Assembly (NCBI GenBank): GCA_963804995.1
Contig: CAWDSK010000001.1
Location: 224,001-288,000, forward strand
Length of the DNA: 64,000 nt
Reading direction: 5' to 3'
Source: an uncultured Acidobacteriota bacterium
Lineage (GTDB): Bacteria; Acidobacteriota; Terriglobia; UBA7540
Each line of letters starts with the position of its first letter. Within the stretch, counting starts at the first letter, position 1. Below, piece by piece: positions 1 through 11,005 of the stretch. The position numbers and the translations under genes were made by a program. The notes under the pieces were generated by a model. It ran no database searches. It was not told the DNA's origin and worked only from the letters and a program-made list of their open reading frames with translations.

Positions 1-1135
1 CCGGAAAAACTCCAAAGGCATCGCGCCATCCGATTTGCTGGCCAGGCAACCGCTGATTCGCTGAAGGAGCGTGGCATGGGCCAGGACGGCTTCCCGGAAG
101 AGGGTCTTTCGCGCCGAAATATCCGCGCCGGCGAACTCCCTTCCCTTGTCCGTGATTTCAACGTCCCCTTTTTCCGTCCGGGTAAAGGCCAGCAAGGTTG
201 CACCCTCAACGATGGGCAGCAGGTCATCAACCTCCATCAAGAGTTCTTCCGCGACGTGGTACAAGTCTTCCTTTCCTCCGTGATCGTTCAGCAGCTCAAG
301 CAATCCCCCGATGCCGCCCGGCCGCGCGTGGGGCAGCATCTGGTAGGGCGCTTTGGCCGCGCGCGCCGGGGTCGAGGGCGGTGTGGACTTCGAGTTCCGG
401 CTGGGTCATCAATTTGTAAATGTAGTCGACATAGACGAGGAATTCGGCGGAATGACGATCCCGGGGCTGGGGCAGGGGAATGCGGAAATCCGCCCGGATG
501 CTGGCGGGATTGCGTTTGAGGAGGATGATCCGGTCGGCCAGCAGGGCGGCCTCTTCGATGTTGTGCGTGACCAGAAAAATGGCGCGCGTGGGGATCTTTT
601 TGGCCAGCCACAGTTCCATCACTTCCCCGCGCAGGTTCTCCGCCGTCAGGACATCGAGAGCCGAAAACGGTTCGTCCATGAACAAAATCTCCGGCTCCAC
701 GGCCAGCGCCCGCGCAATGCCCACGCGCTGCTTCATGCCTCCCGAGAGCTCCTTGGGGTAGGCAGATTCAAAACCATGCAGCCCGACCGCGTTCAGGGCC
801 CGGAGCGCTCGCCGATGTCGTTCGAAGTGCTCCATGCCTCGCGCCAGCAAGGGGGTCTCCACATTGTCCAAAACCGTAAGCCACGGAAACAATGCGAAGC
901 TTTGAAACACAATGGCCAGGTTCGGCTTGCAATCTTGAAGGGGCGTCCCGTGCCAGAAGACCGTTCCCCGTGAGGGCTGCACAAGGCCGGTAAGCATTCG
1001 TAAGAGCGTTGACTTGCCGGAACCGGAAGGGCCGAGCAGAGCGGTGATGGTGTCGGGCTCGATCGACAGGTCAGTGGGGGCGATGACTTGGATTTGTCTG
1101 CCATCGGGCTGGAGGAAAGATTTCTCAATCTGCAA
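1..1135 (-). CDS. NitT/TauT-family ABC transporter ATP-binding protein with C-terminal AAA-associated domain (frameshift near 370; runs off window edge)
   Basis: Walker [17 protein letters not shown] signature, MDEPFSALD Walker B/D-loop; another frame below ~370 continues [20 protein letters not shown]... Confidence 0.85.
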
Positions 1136-1189
1136 AGCCTCAGCAATCGGCTCCAGGGCCTCCAGGGGCTTGGAAATGATCTTTCCCGG

Positions 1190-1588
1190 CTAGGCGGCCG
1201 CGCCTTCCTCGGGCTGGGCCGCGGGGGTGTACTCCCCCGAGAGTTCGTCCATCAAACGCTGCCAAGCTTCCCCCGGCAAATCGTCGAGAAACTGAATGCG
1301 ATCGCCGGGATTCATCTTGTTGACGATGGCGCGTAGACCCTCCGTCGAGCGCGTATGCAGCAAGACGTAGGCATGATAATAGGGAAAGTGACCGATCAGA
1401 GTGGCGGCGAAATCAACCGGCAAAACGCGAAACAGGACGCGCTGTTCTTCGAATGGGACACCCAGGAATAGATTCGCAGCGGCCGCCGGATCTAGCCTTT
1501 GCAGCAACCCGACCGCCTGGTCCCAGTGCCCCTGGGCCAGTACCTCTCGAAGCTTTTCCGCTGGCGGCTGGTCCATGAACGTATCCAA
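1190..1588 (-). CDS. MgtE intracellular N-terminal-like helical domain, in frame with the downstream ABC ATPase across one TAG
   Basis: Helical repeat pattern (LQRLDPAAAANLF...MNPGDRIQFLDDLPGE); 18 open codons link the TAG at 1190-1192 to the ATPase ORF. Confidence 0.6.
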   Translation of the reverse strand: MDTFMDQPPAEKLREVLAQGHWDQAVGLLQRLDPAAAANLFLGVPFEEQRVLFRVLPVDFAATLIGHFPYYHAYVLLHTRSTEGLRAIVNKMNPGDRIQFLDDLPGEAWQRLMDELSGEYTPAAQPEEGAAA

Positions 1589-1898
1589 TTGGAAAGTGGC
1601 TGTCCCTCAATTTCGAAGAACCGTCAGTGTACACCCGCCCACACGGTTCGTGGAAAATTGATGACAGGCGCCCATGTTCCTGCAACGCACCACTGACGAT
1701 CAAATTGCGCTTCTAGCGGCCGCTTGCAATTCATAATTTGGCAATGACCTTGCTTGCACCATCCCCGCTAGACCCGCATGAACACTGGGCTTGACAAGGG
1801 GTTTATCATTATGCTTCCGCGTGGGGGCTCGCGGAAAGAATTTCGCTGGCGCATCACCCTTTTTTCTGCTTAGAATTTCATATCGGTTTGCTGAGTGT

Positions 1899-2165
1899 AT
1901 GGAGACTGCGAATCCCAATTTCGCCGAGCCGCAGCACGAGGCTGCTTTTTTCTACGGCCTCTTCTTGCGCGGTCACCCGCTGCAAAAACTGCGCGAAGAT
2001 ATCAACGTCCCTCCGCACGTGCTGGCACGCTGGCAGCGCCTGGCCGAGCGCGATCCCATGTACCACGGCATGCTGGAACGCATGCTCACCTACCGCAAAC
2101 ACGTCCTGGCAATTTTCGATACCCTGGTCTTCAGAGAAATGCTTGTTCCCAACCGAATGCAGTGA
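1899..2165 (+). CDS. Small hypothetical protein (88 aa)
   Basis: METANPNFAEPQHEAAFFYGLFLRG...; host-like codon usage; convergent with the ubiA-like gene. Confidence 0.65.
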   Translation: METANPNFAEPQHEAAFFYGLFLRGHPLQKLREDINVPPHVLARWQRLAERDPMYHGMLERMLTYRKHVLAIFDTLVFREMLVPNRMQ

Positions 2166-2170
2166 ATCAA

Positions 2171-3085
2171 TCAATGCATCAATAGATCCGCTCCCCAGGT
2201 GAAGAAGAAGAGCAGGCTGATGTAGCCGTTGACGGTGAAGAACGCGGCGTTGAGGCGGGAAAGGTCGGAGGGCCTGACGATCCAATGCTCGTAAGTAAGA
2301 AGCGATGCCATCAGGGCAACCCCCGTCACCGCACTCCACCCCAGGTTTTCGAGTTTCACCACGCCGATGAGCAGGGCCACCATGGCGACGTGGCAGGCGA
2401 CCGATCCGTAAAGCGCCGCAGCAACTCCGAAGCGTTGCGGAATGGAATGGATTCCGACTTGACGGTCGAACTCCACGTCCTGGCAAGCGTAGATAAGGTC
2501 AAAGCCTCCCACCCAGAAGGCTACCGCGGCGCCCAGCAACAACACGCTTACACTGACGCTGTTGCGCAAGGCGATCCAGGCAGCGATGGGTGCGAGACCA
2601 TCCGCGATGCCCAATACCAGATGCGAGAGCAACGTGAAGCGCTTGGTGTAGGAATAGAGAAGCAGGACGGCAATCGCCAGGGGCGAAAGCTTGAAGGCGA
2701 GCGGGCTGAGTTCCCAGGCAGCAAGCGCCAGCAGCGCGCAGGAGAGGACTGTGAACCCCGCGGCGAACCGCAAGGTGAGGCGGCCCGAGGGTAGAGCGCG
2801 CTGCCGAGTGCGAGGGTTGAGGGCGTCGAATCGGCGGTCCGCAATCCGGTTGAACGTCATCGCCGCGCTGCGCGCCCCCACCATGGCCACAATCAGCCAG
2901 AAGACTTCGCGCCAGGTGGGCCAGCCTCGCACCGCCAGCATGGCTCCCACCAGGGCAAACGGCAGGGCAAAGATCGAGTGCTCGAACTTGATCATTTCGA
3001 GCGTCGTGCGGAGCTTCGCCGCAAGACCCGTAGCAACGCCCTGCGGGGCCGGTGGCAGCGATTCACTTTGGAGAGTTCCACCCAT
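2171..3085 (-). CDS. ubiA: UbiA-family prenyltransferase (4-hydroxybenzoate octaprenyltransferase/MqnP-like)
   Basis: IKFEHSIFALPFA, NRIADRRFDALNPRT and DLIYACQD motifs; multiple TM helices. Confidence 0.9.
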   Translation of the reverse strand: MGGTLQSESLPPAPQGVATGLAAKLRTTLEMIKFEHSIFALPFALVGAMLAVRGWPTWREVFWLIVAMVGARSAAMTFNRIADRRFDALNPRTRQRALPSGRLTLRFAAGFTVLSCALLALAAWELSPLAFKLSPLAIAVLLLYSYTKRFTLLSHLVLGIADGLAPIAAWIALRNSVSVSVLLLGAAVAFWVGGFDLIYACQDVEFDRQVGIHSIPQRFGVAAALYGSVACHVAMVALLIGVVKLENLGWSAVTGVALMASLLTYEHWIVRPSDLSRLNAAFFTVNGYISLLFFFTWGADLLMH

Positions 3086-3319
3086 GAGAGACATTCCATG
3101 ATGCCTGATCCCAGTTAACAAGTACAAGGGCGATTGCCAGATGCCAGCAGTGGCTTCAAAAAAAATGGCACCGGAATGCTCCGATGCCAATAGAATTCGT
3201 GTCAAACCTTGAAGATCTTCCTATTCCTTTACCTTGTTCCGGGGTTCTTGATAACCGCTACTGGGGGCAGGCTGTTCTGTTTTAGAAAGCAACGTTTGTG
3301 AGGCAGACCCTTCGATTTC

Positions 3320-3403
3320 TCAACTCCTCATCCATGCAGGCCAGTCCCTTACCTCACGCATTGCTTCTTCAAAAACCTGCTTTAGTGGTCCGTTCACTGA
3401 CAT
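3320..3403 (-). CDS. Putative 27-aa small protein (60 codons to 3221 if the TGA is an error or read through)
   Basis: Perfect SD GGAGGTG 4 nt before ATG, directly after the deaminase stop; MSVNGPLKQVFEEAMREVRDWPAWMRS. Confidence 0.45.
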   Translation of the reverse strand: MSVNGPLKQVFEEAMREVRDWPAWMRS

Positions 3404-3418
3404 AGTTCACCTCCGGAG

Positions 3419-4924
3419 TTATTCATTATTCTCTGTCATCTTTTCGCCGAAAATCAAGCTGGCTTCTTTTTCATTATGTATGTACGTTGGGGGAGACCCC
3501 TCAAGTCGGAGCCTCTTTTCCCACGCAACTGTGTTACCGTCGGGCCCCTTCCTTGTGACCATTGAAAAGAGCTTCATGTACAGACGGGGGGCAACTCCTA
3601 CGTATGGCGTAAACCGTACTTTATCATGTAGAGCTGCCTCATCAAAGGCAATTGCGTCCTGGTGGAATTCTTGAGCCAGACTTTTGGGATAAGGCTCAAT
3701 GTAAACAACCCGATCAATTCCCGCAGCGATGATATGCCGCGCGCAATCATGGCACGGGTAGGTGGTCGTGTATAAGGTACATCCCTTCGTTGGTACCCCT
3801 CGGCGCGCTGCGTCAAGTATGGCGGTCATTTCAGCGTGAACTGAGCGCCCGTATTCTATTGCCCGCATAATCTGTGCACCTGCCATCAGCAAGGCCGCTT
3901 CACTTCTTCGCTTATCCCGATCCATTTCGGTTTTGTCCTTCGTAAACCAAGTACTGCCGTCATTACAAAATCTTTCAAGAATTTCGGAAAGGGTCATGCT
4001 TTTCAGCTTGTCGCTAGTGTCATAACCGAGTTTGAAGTCCCGCATGTCCGGTTTATCATCGGGCCAATAAAGTCCTCCACCCGATTTAGGAACCTCATTA
4101 CAACCCATCGCAACAATTTCACCCTCAGGTGTCGAGATGGCTGCTCCAACTTGTCGGGCCAAAGAAGAAGAACGAAGGGCAGCACCTTGGGCGTGGAACA
4201 TCCCATACTCATCCTGCGTAGGGGTGTGGTAGGCATAACCGAAGAGGAGTTCCACAAACCTTCCAACTGACACCTGTAGTCCATCAGCATCACTCGCATT
4301 AACAAATACATCGGCGGCGGGGAAGGTATCTTTAACCTTTTGGCCAAATGGCAGCCCGCTCTCTTCCTCGTCACGATTTATCAACTTTTCAGCCTTATCC
4401 CGAAATCGACTAGAGTATGCTGAGTCTTCGGACTGAGCAATGTCAGCAGCAAGCTTCTTTACTCGGCTCTCACGGGGCGAATATGCTGAGACGAGAACGA
4501 AAGCCTCGCCGTACAACTTCCGGAATCGCTGGACTTCTTCGGGATGCTTTAGAGATCTAAATACGTACGCACAGTTCGGAATCAACTTATCGGCATTCTG
4601 TTCGGGATCCTGTTCCTTGCGAAACTGCCGAACCTGACCGACTGCAAAAAGGGCAAGCCCATCGCCTCCGACCTTTTCCCGGAACGAATCGCCTGCGTCC
4701 ATATGGGTCGCGTATCTCTCGAAAAGTGGCTGTTTAACCAATTTATTGCCCCATTTTGTGTTGCGCAGGAGTTCAATCAGGCGGATGGTACGGCATGAGT
4801 AATCGACTCCCAAAAGGGAATTTGCCAGGGTTTGCTCAACCCGGGTTAGGTCAGTGCCGACTGCACCCACGAGGCCGATAAATAGTTCTGCTCCATCAGC
4901 GGATATTTGACTGCCTGTTGACAT
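3419..4924 (-). CDS. Anti-phage dCTP deaminase (P-loop kinase-like N-domain + dCMP/dCTP deaminase; AvcD/Dcd-like)
   Basis: N-terminal ELFIGLVGAVGT, RSLKHPEEV, RQVGAAI, NEVP, zinc motifs VHAE and PCHDC, YIEPYPKS; visibly lower GC than flanks. Confidence 0.88.
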   Translation of the reverse strand: MSTGSQISADGAELFIGLVGAVGTDLTRVEQTLANSLLGVDYSCRTIRLIELLRNTKWGNKLVKQPLFERYATHMDAGDSFREKVGGDGLALFAVGQVRQFRKEQDPEQNADKLIPNCAYVFRSLKHPEEVQRFRKLYGEAFVLVSAYSPRESRVKKLAADIAQSEDSAYSSRFRDKAEKLINRDEEESGLPFGQKVKDTFPAADVFVNASDADGLQVSVGRFVELLFGYAYHTPTQDEYGMFHAQGAALRSSSLARQVGAAISTPEGEIVAMGCNEVPKSGGGLYWPDDKPDMRDFKLGYDTSDKLKSMTLSEILERFCNDGSTWFTKDKTEMDRDKRRSEAALLMAGAQIMRAIEYGRSVHAEMTAILDAARRGVPTKGCTLYTTTYPCHDCARHIIAAGIDRVVYIEPYPKSLAQEFHQDAIAFDEAALHDKVRFTPYVGVAPRLYMKLFSMVTRKGPDGNTVAWEKRLRLEGSPPTYIHNEKEASLIFGEKMTENNE

Positions 4925-4968
4925 TGGACAACCTCTAGTCGCCGGGTACGTTATTCAAACGCGGCCTT

Positions 4969-4998
4969 ACTCTAAATGTCACTTACTCGGTAGGTCAA
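4969..4998 (-). promoter_or_regulatory. Candidate sigma70 promoter of the dCTP deaminase gene
   Basis: TTGACC-18 nt-TAGAGT on the minus strand, ~45 nt upstream of the ATG. Confidence 0.3.
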
Positions 4999-5042
4999 GT
5001 AGTATATTTTGAGTAACAATTCTGGCCATCATCAAGATGCTT

Positions 5043-5717
5043 CTAATGAACAGTTGACTTCTCGCCTCTCGGATATCCCACCGTTTGTGATAGCAGGATT
5101 TTCTGCTCGGGACCGAGGTTCATCGCTTTGGCAAGCGCCGGACGATCAATGCTGCCGCGCACCACCACAGCGAGCCCTTCCGACGCGCAGAAGAGATAAA
5201 CGTTCTGAGCAATGAAACCCACATCCGCGCCGGTGTAGAAGCTTTTCTCCTCGGCGGAACTTTTCCCCGTCTTCGCGAGGTCCGCGACGTAAACAAGATC
5301 GACAGGCGCGTCCTTCACGAAGGGCTGCAACCCCGTCGCACCGCGCACGTCCTCCGCCACGACGGGGTCAAGCTGATTGGCTTTGGCGTTGTAAACGTAG
5401 AGCCCGTCAGCGGTGGCAACGTAAATGTCTATTTCCTGCCAGTTCATCGCTGAAGGCGCCGTGCGCTTGCCGGTGTCCGGCCGGTTGATGCCGAACGCCG
5501 CCCAAAGCAGATTTGAGAGAACCTGCGGCGCGAGTTTCTGGGAGCTGAATTCGCGCGTGGTGTGCCGATCCCTCAAAGCCTGCATGAGGGGCTTGCCACC
5601 TTCAGTCTGCGGTGCAGGAAGGTGAATCGGCTTTAACTCCTGTGCCAGGGAAAGTGTCGAGGTCAGGAGCAGCACGAAAAACAGCGTACAAATTGGTTTG
5701 GAGAATGAAGTCTTCAT
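5043..5717 (-). CDS. Nitroreductase / SagB-ThcOx family oxidoreductase with signal peptide
   Basis: LMQALRDRHTTREF, LSNLLWAAFG, RTAPSAMN, FIAQNVYLFCASEGL. Confidence 0.85.
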   Translation of the reverse strand: MKTSFSKPICTLFFVLLLTSTLSLAQELKPIHLPAPQTEGGKPLMQALRDRHTTREFSSQKLAPQVLSNLLWAAFGINRPDTGKRTAPSAMNWQEIDIYVATADGLYVYNAKANQLDPVVAEDVRGATGLQPFVKDAPVDLVYVADLAKTGKSSAEEKSFYTGADVGFIAQNVYLFCASEGLAVVVRGSIDRPALAKAMNLGPEQKILLSQTVGYPRGEKSTVH

Positions 5718-5828
5718 GAAAGCCCCCGGGAATGGGAATTTTGTGCGAGGACAGCGGGTCTCGGGCGATTGAAGTCGGGAGGGGTTCCTTCCAAGGGCCC
5801 AATCACCCAAACACAAATCACCAATCAC

Positions 5829-6464
5829 TCAATGCAATCTCTTCCCTTCCCCCTCCCAGCGATACTGCTCGGGCTGCGTGAGATCGAGCCGGGCCAGCAC
5901 ACGGCAGCAGTACTGGGTAACGAGGTCATCGAGAGTCCTGGGGCGGTGGTAGAACGCCGGGATAATGGGGAAAATCACCGCACCTGCGGCCTGGGCGCGC
6001 AGCATGTTCTCAAGATGGATGCGGTTGAAGGGCGCATCCCGCACCGCGAGGATGACCTTGCGTCCCTCCTTCAGGCAAACATCGGCAGCGCGCTCAATCA
6101 GTGTGTCGGATATTCCCGCCGCAATCTGAGCAAGGCAGCCGGTCGTACAAGGAATGATCACCATGCCGGCCACATCGTATGACCCACTCGCAATCGAGGC
6201 GCCGATGTCGGAATCGAACAGGTACTGAGTTTTGCGGGTCGGGTGGGCGGCGAGCGCGGCGGGAATTGCCGTGGAGGTTCGAACCTCCAGATCGAGTTCG
6301 TCGCGCAGCAGCTTGAGGCCGCTGCCGGAAATCACCAGGTGAATCTTTTCGACCCGCCTGTCGGCTTCGAGCATCTGCAAAGTGCGACGCGCGAAGATTG
6401 CGCCACTCGCGCCCGTAACGCCCAGAATGATCCGTCTCTTGTCCGCAGTTTTCAAGGCAGCCAT
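5829..6464 (-). CDS. ubiX: Flavin prenyltransferase UbiX
   Basis: GVTGASGA, IASGS, LIERAADVCLKEGR, PAFYHRP. Confidence 0.92.
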   Translation of the reverse strand: MAALKTADKRRIILGVTGASGAIFARRTLQMLEADRRVEKIHLVISGSGLKLLRDELDLEVRTSTAIPAALAAHPTRKTQYLFDSDIGASIASGSYDVAGMVIIPCTTGCLAQIAAGISDTLIERAADVCLKEGRKVILAVRDAPFNRIHLENMLRAQAAGAVIFPIIPAFYHRPRTLDDLVTQYCCRVLARLDLTQPEQYRWEGEGKRLH

Positions 6465-6697
6465 CGGCCCGGATGTTAGTCGGCGAGGGGAGCGAAGTCA
6501 AGGAAGTGTGAATCGTGGCGGGGGCTGGTATACTCGAATTGTCAGTTGTCCGTTGTCCGTGGCAGGTCTTCAGTCATCAGTCCCAAGTTGCCAGCAATGC
6601 CCGCGTAGGTTGCTCTGACAGTTCATACTAAAGGCTGAGAACTGACAACTGATCACTGGCGACGGACCACGGACAACATCCGGACTGTGAGGTTGAC

Positions 6698-7444
6698 TTG
6701 ACCCCTGAAGAAATTACCGCCATGTTGAAGAAGGTGCGGGCCGGCAAGCTTTCCGTAGAAGACGCCGTCGACCACCTGCGCAATCTGCCCTACGAAGATC
6801 TGGGCTACGCCAAGATCGATCATCACCGCTCGCTGCGGCAGGGTTTTCCCGAAGTGGTCTTTGCGCGTGGCAAGGACCCGGCGCAGGTGGAAGGCATTGT
6901 CAGCCGCATGCTGCGCAACCGTCACAACATCCTGGTGACGCGCGGCGACCGCGGACTTTACGAGTTGCTGCGGCCGCTCCACCCCAAGGTGGAATTCTAT
7001 GCGCTTTCGGGCGCCATCAGCATTCGCCGCGAGCGCAAAATTCGCGGCCGGGGGAAGGTCCTGGTGGTGTGCGCGGGGACATCGGATATTCCTGTAGCGG
7101 AAGAAGCTCTGGTAACGGCGGATATTATGGGGAACCGCGCGGAGGCGCTTTACGACGTGGGCGTGGCGGGCATCCATCGACTGCTCGGCGAGAGCCACCA
7201 CCTGCGTGAAGCGCGCGTGATCATCTGTGTGGCGGGCATGGAAGGCGCGCTGCCTAGCGTGGTGGCAGGCATGGTGGCGTGTCCCGTCATCGCCGTGCCT
7301 TCAAGCGTCGGCTACGGCGCCAGTTTCCGCGGTCTCGCCGCGCTCCTCGGCATGTTGAACAGTTGCTCGCCGAACGTCTGCGTGGTCAATATCGACAACG
7401 GCTTCGGCGCCGGGTATCTGGCCAGTGTGATGAATCGTTTGTAA
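6698..7444 (+). CDS. larB: Nickel-pincer cofactor biosynthesis protein LarB (AIR-carboxylase-like)
   Basis: [54 protein letters not shown]. Confidence 0.9.
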   Translation: MTPEEITAMLKKVRAGKLSVEDAVDHLRNLPYEDLGYAKIDHHRSLRQGFPEVVFARGKDPAQVEGIVSRMLRNRHNILVTRGDRGLYELLRPLHPKVEFYALSGAISIRRERKIRGRGKVLVVCAGTSDIPVAEEALVTADIMGNRAEALYDVGVAGIHRLLGESHHLREARVIICVAGMEGALPSVVAGMVACPVIAVPSSVGYGASFRGLAALLGMLNSCSPNVCVVNIDNGFGAGYLASVMNRL

Positions 7445-7665
7445 AAACTCGTTTGATTTCGTCTTGTTTCCAGGCGTAGGATTAGCTTGGACGCGGGCGA
7501 GCCCGCCCTAAAGTAGCTGGGTATGGGATGAGAGCCCGGCCGCGCGGTAAGTGTCCTCCGGGGCACAATAAATGTCGCTTCCCAATTGAGCCCCCGCGTC
7601 CATTTTCCTTGCCCCGACCGATGGACCGCCGTTCAACACGGCGGGAGTGCGGTTCGCAAATCACC

Positions 7666-8962
7666 CTACTTCCCAAACACCCGCTCGAAAATCTCATCGA
7701 CGTGCGTCAAGTAACGCTCCACCTTGAACACTTCGGCAATTTCGGAAGGCTTCAGATACTGGCGGATGTCGGGGTCGCGCTGCACCAGGGTGCGATAATC
7801 CTCGCGAGTCTCCCAAACTTGCATGGCGTTGCGCTGCACCCAGCGATAGGCATCTTCCCGCAGCGCGCCCTTCTCAACCAAATCCAATAATAACTGTCCA
7901 GAAAAAATCAGCCCCTTTAACAGGTCGAGGTTTTCGCGCATGCGCTCCGGATAGACGAACATGGTCTCGACGAGCTGCGCCGTCTTGGCCAGCAGGTAGT
8001 CAAGCAGAATGGTGGAGTCGGCCAGGATCACGCGCTCGAACGGAAGAGTGGGAGATGTCGCGTTCGTGCCAGAGCGCCACGTTTTCAAGTGCCGCCTGGG
8101 CGTTCGACCGCACCACGCGCGCCAGCCCGCAAATCTGCTCCGCCGTAATGGGGTTGCGCTTGTGGGGCATGGCGGAGGAGCCTTTTTGCTGGGGCGAGAA
8201 ATACTCTTCCACCTCGCGGACTTCGGTGCGCTGCAAGCCGCGAACCTCTAGCGCAATTTTCTCAAGCGAAGCAGCCGCGACGGCGAGCGTCGAAAGGTAA
8301 AACGCGTGCCGGTCGCGCTGGATGACCTGCGATGAAACGGGCGCCGCCTCCAGCCCCAACCTTGCGCAGATTTTCTTTTCGATGGAGGGCGGCAGGTGCG
8401 TGTAACTGCCCACGGCGCCCGAAATCTTGCCGACGCGCATCTGCTCCGCGGCGTAAGCGAGGCGTTCGGTATTGCGCTGATTTTCCGCGTACCAGATGGC
8501 GAGCTTGCAGCCGAAGGTGATGGGCTCCGCATGGATGCCGTGGGTGCGGCCGATCATGGGAGTGTGCTGAAACTCGAAGGCGCGCTTTTTCAGAACTTGG
8601 CCCAAGCGGTTCAGGCCAGCGATCAGCAGGCTGGAGGCTTCGCGCACCAGCAGCGCCTGCGCCGTGTCCACCACGTCGTTGGAAGTGAGCCCGTAGTGCA
8701 GATAGCGGCCCTCGCGGCCCACGTGCTCCGCCACGTTGGTGGTGAAGGCAATGACGTCGTGCTTCACCTGGCGCTCGATCTCCAGAATGCGCTCCACCTC
8801 AAACCGCGCTTTCTTGCGGATAGCGCGCGCCGCGGCCTTGGGAATCAACCCGGCTTCGGCTTCGACCTCCGCCGTGGCGATCTCAATGTCCAGCCATTTC
8901 TGAAACTTGTTTTCGTCCGTCCAGATGCGGCCCATTTCCGGGCGCGTGTAGCGGGGAATCAT
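7666..8962 (-). CDS. purB: Adenylosuccinate lyase (single-base frameshift near 8039, probably a sequencing error)
   Basis: [41 protein letters not shown]-terminus continues in ORF 7666-8088. Confidence 0.92.
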
Positions 8963-9092
8963 AGGTTTTTCGATTTGCGATTTTGAATTTGCGATTTCGC
9001 CGGAACCAAGCGGCGAACCGCAGACGAAATCCTACCACAAGAGGAGCGAGTTGGGACAAGTCAGGTGTGAGTAGTGAAAAGCTGGCGTAGCG

Positions 9093-11005
9093 GTTGCGGT
9101 AGGGATACCGGTTACCCGGTACCCCCCGCACGGATCCGTACGTGCGCTGGTTAGCGCATACGGCTCTTATCTCGGATGTGTGGCGGCGAACCGTTGGGAT
9201 GGCCAAGGATGCACAACGTGCGGAGCAGGCAACCAGCAGGCCGCAAGCTTCCCCAGTCGGTCCCAGTTGAGGCGGTGGCGTTGACTGCGTTGACGCAGTT
9301 GTGTTCGCCACAGTCGGGTCAACCGTTCCCGAAAGATTCGCAGGCGGTCGAGGTTTCCCGGTACCGCGTGATAGTTGAAGTAGCCTTGCACGACCGACCG
9401 GAGCCATTTACCCGTATCCGCGATGGGATCGTGCCGACGCTGCCGGAGTTGTTGCTTGAGTTCCTGCAACTTCCCCCGCAGGCGCTTGCTGATCGTCTTC
9501 CGCTTCACGGTAAATTGCCCCCTCCGGTTCTTCCCGCTGATATGCGTGAAGCCCAGAAAGTCGAACGTCTCCGGCTTACCTTCTCCTCTCCGTTTCCGGT
9601 AAAGTTCGGCAAACGGCCCGAACTCGATCCGGCGCGTTTTGTCAGGATGCAGTTCCAATCCAAACTTCCCCACCCGCTCCCGGAAATCCTCCAGAAAGCG
9701 GTCGGCTTCCGTCTGCGATTGGAATCCAAGGACCGTATCGTCGGCATACCGCACCACGACCACGTCTCCCCGGGCGTGCTTCTTGCGCCACGCCTGCACC
9801 CACAGGTCAAAGACGTAGTGCAGATAGATATTCGCCAGCAGGGGCGAGACCACCGCCCCTTGTGGCGTACCCATCTCCGTCTCCGACCATTCGCCTTCCT
9901 CCCTCACCCCGGCTTTCAGCCATTTCTGGATGAGCCGGAGAATCCGGGGGTCGGCGACGCGATGCTGCACGAACTTGAGCATCCATTCGTGGGATATCGA
10001 ATCGAAAAATCCACGAATGTCCGCGTCAAGAACGTAGTTCACGTGCTTCACCGTGAGCGCGTACGAGAGCGCGTCCAGCGCTTGATGCTGGCTGCATCCC
10101 GGTCGAAAGCCATACGAGAAGCCCAGAAAGTCTTCCTCGTAAATCGCCTTGAGGATGGTGACCACGGCCTGTTGGACGATCTTGTCCTCCAGTGCCGCAA
10201 CCCCCAACGGACGTTGCCGCCCGTCGCCTTTCGGGATATACGCCCTTCGCGAGGGCTTCGCTCGGAATGCTCCGCGGTGGACCCGGCTGTGCAGATCGAC
10301 GAGTCGACCTTCCAGCCCGCTTTCATACTCCTGCCACGTCATGCCGTCTACTCCCGGTGCAGCTTTTCGCTTCAAGGCGTAAAAGCTTTCCCGCAGCAGA
10401 TCGACCGTTAAGTGGTGGAGCAAGGCCGTGAACTTCATCTCCCTGTGTTCCTTCGCGGCTTTCCGCACACCCGCGAGTCCCTGGGACACGCGTGCCCCGC
10501 TCTGTGTCGGGTGCGTGTTAGGCCAACGGGTGTTCTCCTTGATCAGCGGCCTTCCCTCTTCATTCTCCGCCAACGGCTTCCCGTCTTTGTTCAAATGATT
10601 CATCGGTACTGTTCCACTGTCCGACTCCTCGAGAGCGTGCAGGCGGGCTGTACGGCCATCGCCTTTTCCCGCCGTCCGGCCACGATCTACGGCGGCCGGC
10701 GCCTCCGAGGTCTCCCGGTTCTCGTGCAGAAAGTGTCTAGGCGTGTCTGGGGTCTACGACTACGCAGGACTGTGCCGGAACTCGCGTTGGCGTCCCGGCC
10801 TCATGTTGCCTTCCGTTTAGTCTGAAAACGTCGGCGTCCTGATTGGACATTTTCGAAGCTCAATACCCAGCCCACCTATTCCCCTGTTTACGCTTCACCG
10901 TGCGCCTCACGACGCCCAGCGCAAAACTCGGGGCCGAGTGGATCGCTGCTCCTTCCTCGTGAGAAATTTTCATTCTCTGCTTTCTGCCGGTTTATCCCGG
11001 CGCAC
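9093..11005 (-). mobile_element. Complete group II intron (1913 nt)
   Basis: 5' end GTGCG at 11005; domain V GAGCCGTATGCGCTAACCAGCGCACGTACGGATC at ~9133-9166; domain VI ending ...CCTACCGCAAC at 9093; encloses the RT ORF. Confidence 0.92.
9167..10603 (-). CDS. ltrA: Group II intron reverse transcriptase/maturase, no endonuclease domain
   Basis: AAPGVDG, RPLGV, FSYGFRPG, DADIRGFFD, GTPQGAVVSPLLANIYLH, YADD, FDFLGF; true start may lie downstream of 10603. Confidence 0.95.
   Translation of the reverse strand: MNHLNKDGKPLAENEEGRPLIKENTRWPNTHPTQSGARVSQGLAGVRKAAKEHREMKFTALLHHLTVDLLRESFYALKRKAAPGVDGMTWQEYESGLEGRLVDLHSRVHRGAFRAKPSRRAYIPKGDGRQRPLGVAALEDKIVQQAVVTILKAIYEEDFLGFSYGFRPGCSQHQALDALSYALTVKHVNYVLDADIRGFFDSISHEWMLKFVQHRVADPRILRLIQKWLKAGVREEGEWSETEMGTPQGAVVSPLLANIYLHYVFDLWVQAWRKKHARGDVVVVRYADDTVLGFQSQTEADRFLEDFRERVGKFGLELHPDKTRRIEFGPFAELYRKRRGEGKPETFDFLGFTHISGKNRRGQFTVKRKTISKRLRGKLQELKQQLRQRRHDPIADTGKWLRSVVQGYFNYHAVPGNLDRLRIFRERLTRLWRTQLRQRSQRHRLNWDRLGKLAACWLPAPHVVHPWPSQRFAATHPR

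Noticed and set aside
1590..1890. Mg2+ (M-box) riboswitch upstream of the MgtE-N-like ORF
   Set aside because: No recognisable consensus by eye; would need an Infernal/Rfam scan
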